A stretch of 63,066 bases of DNA, counting the filler, from Globobulimina sp. (taxonomy: Eukaryota): assembly GCA_003354225.1 (NCBI GenBank). It is 17 parts of 17 records of this genome, joined end to end, with 100 filler letters (N's around TTAATTAATTAA, not from the genome) between each part and the next. Parts side by side here need not be neighbours in the genome. Positions count along the whole stretch, not along the records: positions 22,313 to 25,928 come from PIVH01002395.1; positions 26,029 to 29,644 come from PIVH01002396.1; positions 29,745 to 33,359 come from PIVH01002397.1; positions 33,460 to 37,074 come from PIVH01002398.1; 13 more parts are not named here. One strand, given 5' to 3'. Within the stretch, counting starts at the first letter, position 1; every line of letters starts with the position of its first letter. The notes under the pieces are model-generated. The model did not search any database, was not told the DNA's origin, and worked only from the letters and a program-made list of their open reading frames with translations. A program made the translations under genes and the position numbers. This document shows positions 23,240 through 34,269 of this stretch, piece by piece.

Positions 23240-25180
23240 AAAAAATTGTTGTTGCCAGCAGTACATTGCCAGGGAGCAGTACGAGGCTAGGCGTGTGAAT
23301 TGGTAATGAGTATAATATGTGTTGATGAATAATAATTTGTTGTGTGTGTGTTGATGAATAAATTGCTGTTTTTTCTGTGTATGTTGATCAATTTTAACAA
23401 TAATAAATTAAAGTTGGTTACATTGTAGTACTTGTGATGAATAATAAGTTTGTGCCATTGTAGTTGGCTACGAATAATAGTCTTTGAAAGATGACTCAGT
23501 GTACGTTTGGATCGATCAAAAGTTATTTGCGTGTTAATGTGTGTTGACTATTGTCATTATTCGCGTGTTAATAGATAACAAATTGTCGCCATTACTGTAC
23601 GTGTTGAGACAAATAATTTGTTGTCATTTTTCAGTGTGTATTGCCATTGCTGTGACTGTTTGTTTACAATAAATGTTGTCATTTCTGTATGTATTGAGTT
23701 ATAATGAATGGTTGTTATTGTTGTATGTATTCGTGTTGATTCATAATAAATTGTTGTATGTGTTCAAACAGACACTTTTCTCAACCACGACGAAGACATG
23801 CTTTCATTGGCGGAGAAGCCACTGTAATATATCGGTATAATAAATTGTGTTGTTTACTTTCAATAAATTGTCGCCTTGCTGTACATGTTGAGTCAATATA
23901 TTGTTGGCATTCAAGTATAATAAATTGTTGTTGTACATGTTGAGATAAATAAACCATATGTTACTATTAAGATTTGTAATTTGATTGACTTGATCTTTTT
24001 ATTGTTGATCAAACAGATACTTATTTATTTGTTTTGAAAAAAAAAAGTTATTTAATGACTTAAATAAAATAAAGTTGCAGTACGTAACTACGACTATTAA
24101 TTTGGTGCCATCACAATACGAAGGGATAGATAATAAATTTGTGCCATTCCAGTACATGGCTACAACATTTGGTGCCATTGCAGTACGTTGTTTTGAATAT
24201 TAATGTGGTGTCATTGCAGTACAAGGCATAGAAGGAAATTGCCCAAAGATACACAATTATCGCAACAGATTATGGTTGATTTTTAGCCGAAATCAGTGAA
24301 TATTTACAACGCGATGTGACTGACATTCATCCTGTCAGAGAGCTTTGATATTAATTCAGCGCATTGTGATGAATTTAGTGGATATTATAATGTCTGGTAA
24401 TGATAAATTGCAAGCTATGTTATTGTTAACTGATAAAATGTCCGCGTTATTTATGTTTTACGTACAATAAATTGTTGCCATTGCTGTGTATGTTTATAAA
24501 TTATATATTGTCGCCTTTGCTGTACGTTTTGTCATACAATGAATTGTTGTCATCGCTGAATGTGTTCATATACCATAAATTGTTGCCATTTGCGGTGTTT
24601 ACATAATAGATTCTGGCCATTGATGTACGTATTGACGTACAACATATTGTTGCCTTTGCGGAGTATGTTTGTACTATAAACTGTTGTCACTGCTAAGCGT
24701 GTTTATAAGTATTAAATGGTTGCCATTGCTGAGTCTCTTTATATAATAAATTGTTGCTTTTGCTCAGTATGTTTGTACTATAAATTGTTTCCTTTGCTGA
24801 GTATGTTTATATATAATAAATTATTACCATTGCTATAGATGTTGACGTACAATAAACTGTTATCTTTGCTGAATGTGTTTATGCTTAAACTAACATAATT
24901 GGAAGATGACTCAGTGTATCTATGGAGGGATCAAAGTGTTGCAATTGTCGCCATTGTTATAATTGTTATAATGAATAATAAAATGTTATAATTGTTGTTG
25001 TGTATTGTTATAATAATTGTTGATGAATAATAAATTGTTGTTATTGCTTTATATGCCGATGGATCGTAAGCTGTTATAATAGACAAATGTTTCTTTGCAT
25101 GACTTGATATTTCTGTCATTGATTAAACAAATACTTTCTCGAGCACAACGAAGACATGCTTTCTTTGGCTGAGAAGTAAC
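23240..25180. repeat. Degenerate ~35-bp satellite-like array with a ~1.4-kb higher-order duplication
   Basis: Consensus is roughly TACAATAAATTGTTGCCATTGCTGAGTATGTTTA, clearest at 24460-24885. Spacer blocks are duplicated at ~23487/~24902 and ~23766/~25125. There are no credible ORFs. Confidence 0.75.
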
Positions 25181-25344
25181 TTTAAAATATCAAGTGCAAA
25201 GTCGACTTCGTCTTAGTTACTGCGTGTAATGGTATAAATGGATATATTGGATACATTGTAATGGTTCATTGAAAGTATTCATTTTAATGACCTCAATGAT
25301 ACTGATTCAGCCCTCAAAAAGGCAAAAGAGAATGTAATAAGATC

Positions 25345-25440
25345 TCATCCTACAATTTACAATTCCATGATGAGCTAATTATTGGCTGTATTTTATTTCC
25401 TCATCCTGCAATTTACAATTCCATGATGAGTCAATTATTA
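25345..25440. repeat. Short direct repeat (2 x ~40 bp)
   Basis: tcatcct(a/g)caatttacaattccatgatgag..aattatt occurs twice, ~55 nt apart. Confidence 0.8.
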
Positions 25441-26149
25441 ACTGTGATTTTTAATTTCTTTCATTTGGTTTCATAAAAGAAATCTCACAGTTTTGAGCGA
25501 TTGGTGACGTGTGGTATTTGGTTTTTATACTCTGCATATATTCGGAGTTATGCATTCGGACTTATGCATGGGCTGAATATATGTTATAGTCGGTTGCTTT
25601 TATAATATCAACCAATTATTCAGAGTTTAGTTTTTCCACCAATCGTTGGGACTTTGTCCCGCTAATTATCAAATACAAACAATTTCGGTACCGTAACAAA
25701 TCATACACGTCCAACTGTTTCCGATTTATCAATGGGTAATTTAGCCAAGCATTTTGATAGTCAGCTATCGCAGTCGCAAAATCAAATGAGCGAAGCCATG
25801 CTAGAAGACCAAGAATACTAAATAACAAGAATATGTAACCAAGCTGAAAACCTTGTTCAGTTTGTATTGACTATTGATTGAGCAGGAAAGCTCTTAGTAT
25901 GTTGTTCCTGATGTGCTATTTAGTCTGTNNNNNNNNNNNNNNNNNNNNNNNNNNNNNNNNNNNNNNNNNNNNTTAATTAATTAANNNNNNNNNNNNNNNN
26001 NNNNNNNNNNNNNNNNNNNNNNNNNNNNATTAATTATTCTGTGAATACGATTATTTTTACCATTTAATTTTGGACCTTTTGTTTGTTCGATCAATGCATT
26101 ATTAGAGCTTGAAATGCCGTAAAACTTTTAAGAAAAACCTGGCAGCTCC

Positions 26150-27814
26150 ATGCCGCACTCGCAAAAGTTAAAACGTGGCATAACCAAAAAATTCAAACGT
26201 TTAGGATTGTCACTAAAAAAAGATGCATTAAATAAATTATTAGAATTGCATGATGAATGTTCAAATGAAGATGAATTTGCTCAACTTTTAGAAAAGTTGG
26301 GTGAATTAACATTATCACAGAAACTATCAACGCCAATCATCTCATTAAGTCAAATACAGCCAGTCATTGATCAAATCATTAACAACTCAAACTGTGATCA
26401 AAAGTTTGCTCATATATTTATATTTTTTATTTGTTTTTTTCCGATTCCAAGCCAATAATATTTAAATATCCACAGTGAAGAAAACTTATTATCATTGGAG
26501 AGTGCCTTTGATGCAAAAAGATTTAAATACAAACGTGTGGGAAAACAGTTTGTTTTACAAAAAAATGGGCCGATTCATGGCAATGCAAATGATTTATCAT
26601 CGGTCTTTATCGATCGATATGAATTATTATTACAACGTATGTTGCGGCATAAAATATTTCGTCGGTCCACCTTGAAAGACAAGAATGAGAATGAAAATAA
26701 GTTTGAGCTGACCAGCACATCGGAATTGATTGGTACCCGTTCTCTAAAACGAGTGTTCGGAATGTTATGCGAATTGGACGAAGGCAAAATATATTTGCAA
26801 GACACCTCCGGTACGGTACCCATTGATTTCAGCAAATTGGAAATCACAAAACTAGGCCAAGGCTTATTTACATTTAACTCATTTGTGCTCTGTGACGGAC
26901 ACATGAATAATAGCAATATTTTCGAAATAAAAAGTATGAACGCACCGCCTTACGAACCGCGCAGAAAAACGATAAAAACACACAATAATCTAAATTTTCT
27001 ACCATTTAATAAACAGCAAACTATGATGCAGTTAGAAGAGAAATCTGTGGATGACGTGTTTATATTTGTGAGCAATGTGTATTTGGATGAAAATGAAACC
27101 TTTCATAAATTAAGCAAACTATTTGATGGTTATGAATCCATTGAGATCCCGCCGACTTTATTTGTGTTTATGGGTAATTTTACGCGGCAAAAATTAGGAG
27201 CAAATGCTAAAGACATTAAGTTATTGGCAACATTATTTGATAAATTGTGTGATTTGTTTATCAATAAATATTCAAATTCTTTATGTAAAACATCGGATTT
27301 TATATTCATTCCCGGTCCAAATGAGATGAATTTCATTGGTAATTTATTGCCGCAGCCGCCTTTACTCCGGTCTTTATGCAAAAAATTTCATCATTACGCT
27401 GAGAATGGACAAATGGCAGTTCATTTTCAATCGAATCCGTTTCGTATTCGGTTCGGTACGCAAGATATTGTATGTTTTCGCCAGGATTTATTAGCAAAAA
27501 TGAGGAGAAACTGTGTGCTGACACCGAAATTAGAAGATACCACCGATTTATCCGAACATTTATGTACAACGATAGTGGATCAATCACATTTGTGTCCATT
27601 GCCACTCCAAATATGTCCGCTTTATTGGAATTATTCGCATTCATTAAATTTATACCCAACGCCGGATTTGATTGTTTTAGGTGATATGCACAAAGATTAT
27701 GTTTGGAATTATAAGGATACACAAATTGTTTGTCCCGGAATATTTTCTGATACTGGAAAATTTATATACTATCAACCAAGCACGAAAACGGTTGACGTCA
27801 GTGGTGTCTCTTGA
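26150..27814 (+). CDS. POLE2: DNA polymerase epsilon subunit 2 (intron 26404-26475)
   Basis: N-terminal Dpoe2NT-like helices and motifs FIDRYELLLQRMLRH, YLQDTSGTVPID, LFVFMGNF, FIFIPGPNE, FQSNPFRI, QDIVCFRQDLLAKMRRN, QSHLCPLP and LYPTPDLIVLGD. Confidence 0.96.
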
Positions 27815-28254
27815 CATTTTATGAAAACATTATTTAAGACTTTTAGTTTTATAACTTTTATTCCCATTTTTTTAAACAAGTCTCAAGAATTGTTTTTAAA
27901 AACATTTCTTCAAAATATACTGACTCTTTCGTCATTTTGCTTGCCTTTTGAGTTGTTGTATTTTTGTGTGTATTGTATGTAAAAGTAAAGACTTCAAAGA
28001 GGTATACAAATAATCCAAACATGTAAATAAAACATTTCCATGATTTTTAACATTTTTTCAACTTTGGATAAATAAAAAGGGGGACATCGTTTCGAAATCC
28101 GTAATAAATGCAAAAACCAAACAAAAACAAAGCGTCATCACAAACTGACACAGACACAAAACAAACTGACACAAAGACAAACTGACACAAACATGTACAA
28201 ACAAAAAAGTAGGGGTATATAAATGAATTAATAATATTATATAAATTATTTTAA

Positions 28255-29631
28255 TTAATCATCCAAGCAACCAACAACCGCTGTAAAATCAGAGCTATTC
28301 CTAAATCTCGTCAATGAGAACATTTGCAAAGGTACCATTTGCTGTTTTGCTCTTTCAAATAACATAAACAAATCATCAAATGTCACATTATACAATAACA
28401 ATGTCTCTGAATCGCTTAAAATGTTTCCTAATTCCTTTCTGTGCGCGGAACTAATATTTATTTCAAACGGTGAACCGACTCTGACATATTTGTTAAACAA
28501 TGCATGAGCCTTTATTTTAGAACTCGATATCCCATCTTTGCTCTCTTCTTTTTTTTCAACAATCTCTGAAATTGGTATTTTTGCTGCAAAATCAATTAAT
28601 TTTGTACTCTTTAATATTTCCTCATTTATACAGTGTCGGATTGATTGCTGAAACTGCGTAAATTCAATATACGAAAGCAATATTTCCATACTATACTCTT
28701 TAGACAAATGGATCATAAACCAATGCATAGCTTTTCTATTCGTTAATATTCTCTCCAATGTAACGTCCATTGTATTAACGTGTGATATACGCTGTGTGTG
28801 TAACTCTTTCTTTTTATTTTGATTTCTTGGTAATGTCACTGTTGAGATATAATTCATTGCAAATAATATGAAGCTGAGTACAAAGCCACCAATAAAATAG
28901 GCTCGGAAATCTTGAAATATTACAAAAAAAATATTCATTATAAATAAAGCGATGACAAGCAATATCAATAATTTTGCATGAATTTTACTTTCTGAATGAA
29001 TATCATAAATGTCATTCAAATGAGGAGTTTTTAACACAATATAACAATAAAAGAGTGATAATGGGCCGAAACCTATGAACATAGCGACGAGCGACAAAAT
29101 CAAAGGTATGATATGGAAATCTGAAAAAACTACAAACATCGTAGGAATAATGCATAGAACACAGCCGCTAAAACACAAAAATCCAAACAATTTGTAATTA
29201 TAAAATAGATTTCCATATTTTTTATTGTTTGCAATGTACCAATTTTGTTGGCGTTTGATAGAAACGGCGTTTCGATTTATGATATATTGCCAATCCATTT
29301 CGATTGTATAATATGTCCATTTGAATTTGAAATATATCATCCAATTTTTAATAATTAGACAGAATAAAAGCAACCATGTTGAAGCCATCGCAAATGCACT
29401 GATTAACGCAAACATTTCACGATTTTCATATAAATGTATAAATGCAAAGGCTGCACAACAGAAAGATATCATTGCTGTAATCAATGAGATATTTAATAAA
29501 TAGAAGGATAAAATAGATCGTTTTTGAATGTACATTTCTCTCCAAATCTTTTCTTTACAGAGTCGAATATTTGTGTAAACCGATAATATGATAATTATTG
29601 ACCACACTGCATAGCAACATACTTCTACCAC
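28255..29631 (-). CDS. Multi-TM (7TM-like) protein with C-terminal RGS domain (5' possibly truncated)
   Basis: About 7 hydrophobic helices, then the RGS consensus FMIHLSKEYSMEILLSYIEF...ALFNKYVRVGSPFEINISS...MFSLTRF. Confidence 0.85.
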   Translation of the reverse strand: MVEVCCYAVWSIIIILSVYTNIRLCKEKIWREMYIQKRSILSFYLLNISLITAMISFCCAAFAFIHLYENREMFALISAFAMASTWLLLFCLIIKNWMIYFKFKWTYYTIEMDWQYIINRNAVSIKRQQNWYIANNKKYGNLFYNYKLFGFLCFSGCVLCIIPTMFVVFSDFHIIPLILSLVAMFIGFGPLSLFYCYIVLKTPHLNDIYDIHSESKIHAKLLILLVIALFIMNIFFVIFQDFRAYFIGGFVLSFILFAMNYISTVTLPRNQNKKKELHTQRISHVNTMDVTLERILTNRKAMHWFMIHLSKEYSMEILLSYIEFTQFQQSIRHCINEEILKSTKLIDFAAKIPISEIVEKKEESKDGISSSKIKAHALFNKYVRVGSPFEINISSAHRKELGNILSDSETLLLYNVTFDDLFMLFERAKQQMVPLQMFSLTRFRNSSDFTAVVGCLDD

Positions 29632-30034
29632 TGTCCAAAGCTTTNNNNNNNNNNNNNNNNNNNNNNNNNNNNNNNNNNNNNNNNNNNNTTAATTAATTAA
29701 NNNNNNNNNNNNNNNNNNNNNNNNNNNNNNNNNNNNNNNNNNNNTAATTGATAAGAATCCATTTAGGCTTCAAAACACTAAGAAATCAACGATAAAAAAA
29801 AGTATGAACTGAGACAGACGAGCTGTAAATTTCAGTTTTCAATACTTTTCATGGCGAAACATTTTTTTGTTATGCTGCCAGAAACATAATAAAACAAAAA
29901 GCTCTTTGTATAGATTTTATTGAAACCCCATTAATTTTAATTTTTTGATTGTCACAAACACAAACAACGAATTTTGAAATATGAAAACAGTGCAATTCAA
30001 TGAGATTTAAAACAATTATTCCTCGTTTACTCAT

Positions 30035-30411
30035 TTAGTCTTCCGATGCATTATCATTTTGAATTACGATTAATGTAAAATCGCGATCTGGAGCTACCAT
30101 AATTTCATGTTTTTGAGACCTTATTCTTAAAAAAGTTAAATCATTCTGTGTGTATTTATATATTTATATTTATCAGCAAACCATAATAGAATATAATATA
30201 ATATATTGTTAACATTTGGATCCAAATCTCTTATCACAGCACGCGCTTTTTGTGTTAATTCCGTGATGTGAGCTGCATATTGTTTTGATGTTTGATCATT
30301 CATTCCCTTTGATGGTCGAATCGGTACACCATCTTTATTCACAATTATCACTGCTTCCACGCCTTTGTGTTGTTTCATTCTTTCCAATGTTTGTTCTACT
30401 TCGGATGCCAT
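30035..30411 (-). CDS. DYNLRB: Dynein light chain roadblock-type (2 exons)
   Basis: [18 protein letters not shown]...AVIRDLDPN is spliced to [29 protein letters not shown]. Confidence 0.95.
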
Positions 30412-30539
30412 ATTATATCTAACCTTTACTCTCAAAAAGGGTGCTTTTTATTTTGGTGCTTTTGCAAACGAATCAATGGCGTTGTTATACTTTTGAATAT
30501 ATTCTGTGCTGTTTTTTGAGTGAAACTCAAGCAAAAACC

Positions 30540-31570
30540 ATGGGTAATCTGTGTACTTCCAACGAACCAACATTGGAAGAAAAATTACGTAACCAACTAT
30601 GTCGTATCGTAAAAGAATACGAAGCCGTAGATTTAACTTGCGGTTATATAGCAATCTTTGAAATGTCAGTAGCATCGGCCCGACCCACACCCGCCACCAA
30701 TCCAAATACTTTAGCGGCGCCCGATTTATTACCACCAACTCATAGTAACTCCTCCTCGATGGTCAATAACAACGACAACAACCTCCAACACTACAAAAAT
30801 GGCTACAGTCACAGTCATTCATTCAATAACCAGCATCATTACACTTCATCGACCCGCAGCAATTTGAAAGTAAAAGTGAAGGCAAAGAAGGAAATCACGA
30901 AAATTACAGAGTTGGACTATACACAGTTCATACAATGGAAGATAGAGGAAATAAAACGTGCGATCGAAGAGGTCAAACGTAAGAACCCCGATATTACAGA
31001 GCAACAATTGAAAGATGAGCATGGTTTGGAGATCAATTCATCCTCAAATAATATTCTACGAAATATATCCATCTCCAAACGACCATCGCAAGGCAACGCG
31101 AACGTGATATCTGCTAAAATAAAGGATATGAATGACGAAAAAGAGGCTTTATTGCCTGCGGATAATAAAGAGGATCACAGCTATAATGAGAATTTAATAC
31201 TAAATGATGGATCTACCACCAATAATATCCATGACATTAAAAATATTTTGCAAAATAATGACATAAAATCGTCGGTGCAGTCGTTGGGCGATACTACGGA
31301 TCAATTGTTACAGATATTAGATCGCGCAAAAGTGATACACAAAATGAGGAACCATTTGGGGAATAAGATTATACACATTCGCGGCAATAAAAAGACCATC
31401 TTCTCCTATTATTTAATCTTAAATAAATATATTATTATCTGCTATTCTGAATATAGCAAATCCATTGATCTCGAGTTTAAAGAATGGATCAAAATACAAT
31501 CCAAATTGGAGAAATTACAAATCACATTGAAGGATATGGAACAATTACTACCGAAGACAAAAAAAACTAA
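30540..31570 (+). CDS. Hypothetical N-acylated protein (MGNLC start)
   Basis: ATG in a good context with a myristoylation/palmitoylation-like MGNLCTS start. The true end is probably near the poly-A/TAA at ~31568, and the ORF tail beyond that looks like non-coding read-through. Confidence 0.6.
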
Positions 31571-31758
31571 AATTTTGTTTCTATTTCCATTGTTTGCAAA
31601 GTGTTTCAATAAAATTGTTTACTTTTTTTTAATGCGTTTTCTGTGTTTTTTTTTTCGTTCTTTGAGAAATTGTATACACGATCCTATAAAAACAATATTG
31701 CAAACTATAAAAAAAACGCACAAACAGTCCAAATTAAAAAAACTCAAAAACCATGTCA

Positions 31759-33359
31759 TCAAATCCCACCCTTAGCGTGTACAATATGTTCCCTTCTACA
31801 CATCGAACCAAACGAGTACAGTCCAAACAACACCGCCGTCATATTTTTGCCATCAAACAAATCCTCCGCACCAAATATATTCTCATCCGAAAGTCCGATT
31901 TCTTTGGCAACGCGCGAGAATTCGTTAATTCTTTGCTTATCTGCAAAATTCGCCATAGCTCCAGTCTTGCCGATATTTGCCTTAATCACGCGCGTTTTCA
32001 CAGATTTCGGTTGGAGTATATTCACCAATCGGCACAAAATCACGCCATTCTTCAAAGAATTTTGCAATTGCTCGGGTGCGCCGCGCATTGCCCGCATATT
32101 CCTATCGTCCACCAGAGCATTCAGCCAATCGACCACAGCCTTCTCCATCTCCAAATTGTATTTTTTCGCCGCTTTCTCCGCATCTTCTGCAGACAAACCA
32201 GGTATGGTCAAGCCAATGGAGAGCGCGTTTTGTTTACTGATTCGGTTCTGTTTCTCTTCGAGTTCGAAATATTGATCATTTTTCATGTCTGGCGGAGCAT
32301 TATAATCCAATTTGGCGTCATTCTTCTCCACATAAATGATGTGCTTATCGCGCTTGGATTGCATGACCTGGGCGTCCAATTTGCGTAGCCTCTGATTTAA
32401 AGTATAATTCTTCGATTCCAACTCATCGATTCGAATGCGTGCATCCGTCAATTCCTTGCTGATGTCCTTGATGCGCTCCTTTTGCACTTTGATGATATTG
32501 GACGAGATATCGTCGACTTTGCCATCTCTGGCGGCGAGCGTACGTTTTGTGTCTCGTAGCTCTCGTTTTAGCCTTCGAAGTTCGCCATGTTGCTCCACAT
32601 TGGCGCCTTGGATGAAGGCCATTTTCGACGAGATGTACTTTTTCTGCTCTTCAGTGGCTTTTTGTGTGCGTAAATTGGTCGTTAACTCGGAGATTGCCTC
32701 CATTAACGCAGTGTTTTTATTCTCTAATTCACTGTTTATAGGTCCATAGGACAGCTATTAGCTATTTATCACAATGTCAACTGCAATATGCACAGTACTG
32801 TACATACCTCAATGTGTAATTTGTATTCGTTGATTCTATCTGCAACTCCTCCAATCTTTCCCTTTCCCTCTCATTCAAATCCTTAGTCGCTTTCAGCTCT
32901 GCGCGTATCTTCATAATCTGGTGGATTTTCTCGTTGTTGTCGTCCTGTATGGCGCGGATCTGCCTCCTCGCAGTGTTCAACTGCGCCTCCAATTCCATGA
33001 TATGGTCATCCTGCTCACAATCCGCACGCTTGCAACCCTCCAACTTGTCGTTCAACGCCGCAATCTCGCCGCGCTGCCGCTCATTCATTCGCTTATAAGC
33101 CTGCAACTCCTCGCTCAAACCCTCAATTTCCCCGCCTTGCTTCCCTCGCTTCTTCAGCAAGCGCTTCATTTCCTTGTTGACATTCTCCAGTTCGGCCTCC
33201 AACTCATAGATCCTTTGAAACTGCACATTGGCAAAGATGGGCCGCTTAAAGGTGATGGATACGGGCAAGCCGCCACCGCCGCCATTCTCGTCATAGTACT
33301 TGTTGTGGAAGATTTGTTGGATCTTTTTGCCTCCTAAATCCTCCACAATTTCATCATTG
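31759..33359 (-). CDS. Coiled-coil protein with C-terminal calponin-homology domain (5' truncated, intron ~32745-32806)
   Basis: Long heptad coils followed by the CH consensus KYNLEMEKAVVDWL...SLKNGVILCRLVNILQP...FGAEDLFDGKNMTAVLFGLYSF. Confidence 0.88.
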
Positions 33360-33624
33360 NNNNNNNNNNNNNNNNNNNNNNNNNNNNNNNNNNNNNNNNN
33401 NNNTTAATTAATTAANNNNNNNNNNNNNNNNNNNNNNNNNNNNNNNNNNNNNNNNNNNNAATCAACAGACACAAAATAAACACACCAACTGCTCCAATTA
33501 CAATCCAAAGAATATAATGAGTGTCTTCTGTTGCACTCTGACATTCATTAACTGCACACTTACCATTCGATATTGATACAGTATCTTCAAACTACAATTT
33601 CAATATAAAAACATATTGACAATG

Positions 33625-34086
33625 TTAACAACTATATATATAGCAACATACATACGGTCCCGAATAATTGTCACATTCTACCGGACTGCTACCGCTTACT
33701 TGAGATTCATCACAAATTACAATATACTCAGCGTTGGCATTGCTTGCATTCATTCCGATTTGCCATTTCTCATCGTTCCAATACAAATATACTTCTTTAT
33801 TTCCATTACATGCAGGTTTTACATATTGATCATTGGTTAAATAATATTCTCCTGTTATTACATCCAAAGTTGCGTTTGTCAGATATAGACTGGAAGCAAA
33901 TTCAGCATTTGCCTCCGGCTCCACAGCAGTTGGATTAAGAGTTGGTTCAAGAGTTGGTTCAAACGATGGTTCAGAAGTTGGACTTTTCGTTGGATCTTCA
34001 GTTAATGCATTTGGTGAAGGCGTTGTTATCTCCTTTATCGGATTTACGTTTACACATATTGTATTTGACAATGTCGGTGATGCCAT
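33625..34086 (-). CDS. Pro/Thr-stalk (PTxxPT) surface protein fragment
   Basis: PTKSPTSEPSFEPTLEPTLNPT repeats followed by GEYY...YLYWNDEKWQI. Probably continues through introns. Confidence 0.5.
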   Translation of the reverse strand: MASPTLSNTICVNVNPIKEITTPSPNALTEDPTKSPTSEPSFEPTLEPTLNPTAVEPEANAEFASSLYLTNATLDVITGEYYLTNDQYVKPACNGNKEVYLYWNDEKWQIGMNASNANAEYIVICDESQVSGSSPVECDNYSGPYVCCYIYSC

Positions 34087-34269
34087 GGCACAATTAGTTG
34101 AACTTAAATTTTAATTCTGCAGAAAATCCACACACTATTTTGCGTTTATAATTAATTACTACACATACAACAATTAATACAAGAAATTTGAAAAAAAAAC
34201 ATAAACAAAAGCACATAATTATAAAATATTGACATTAAATCAGGTTTATCAACAAATGTATATTTATCA

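Noticed and set aside
22860-23320. Short strings reminiscent of SSU rRNA (aaagagctcgtagt, ggtaatgagtataat)
   Set aside because: The matches are short and not colinear, and the universal rRNA motifs are absent.
24460-24885. CRISPR-like array
   Set aside because: The units are degenerate and contiguous, with no unique spacers of constant length and no cas genes. The context is eukaryotic.
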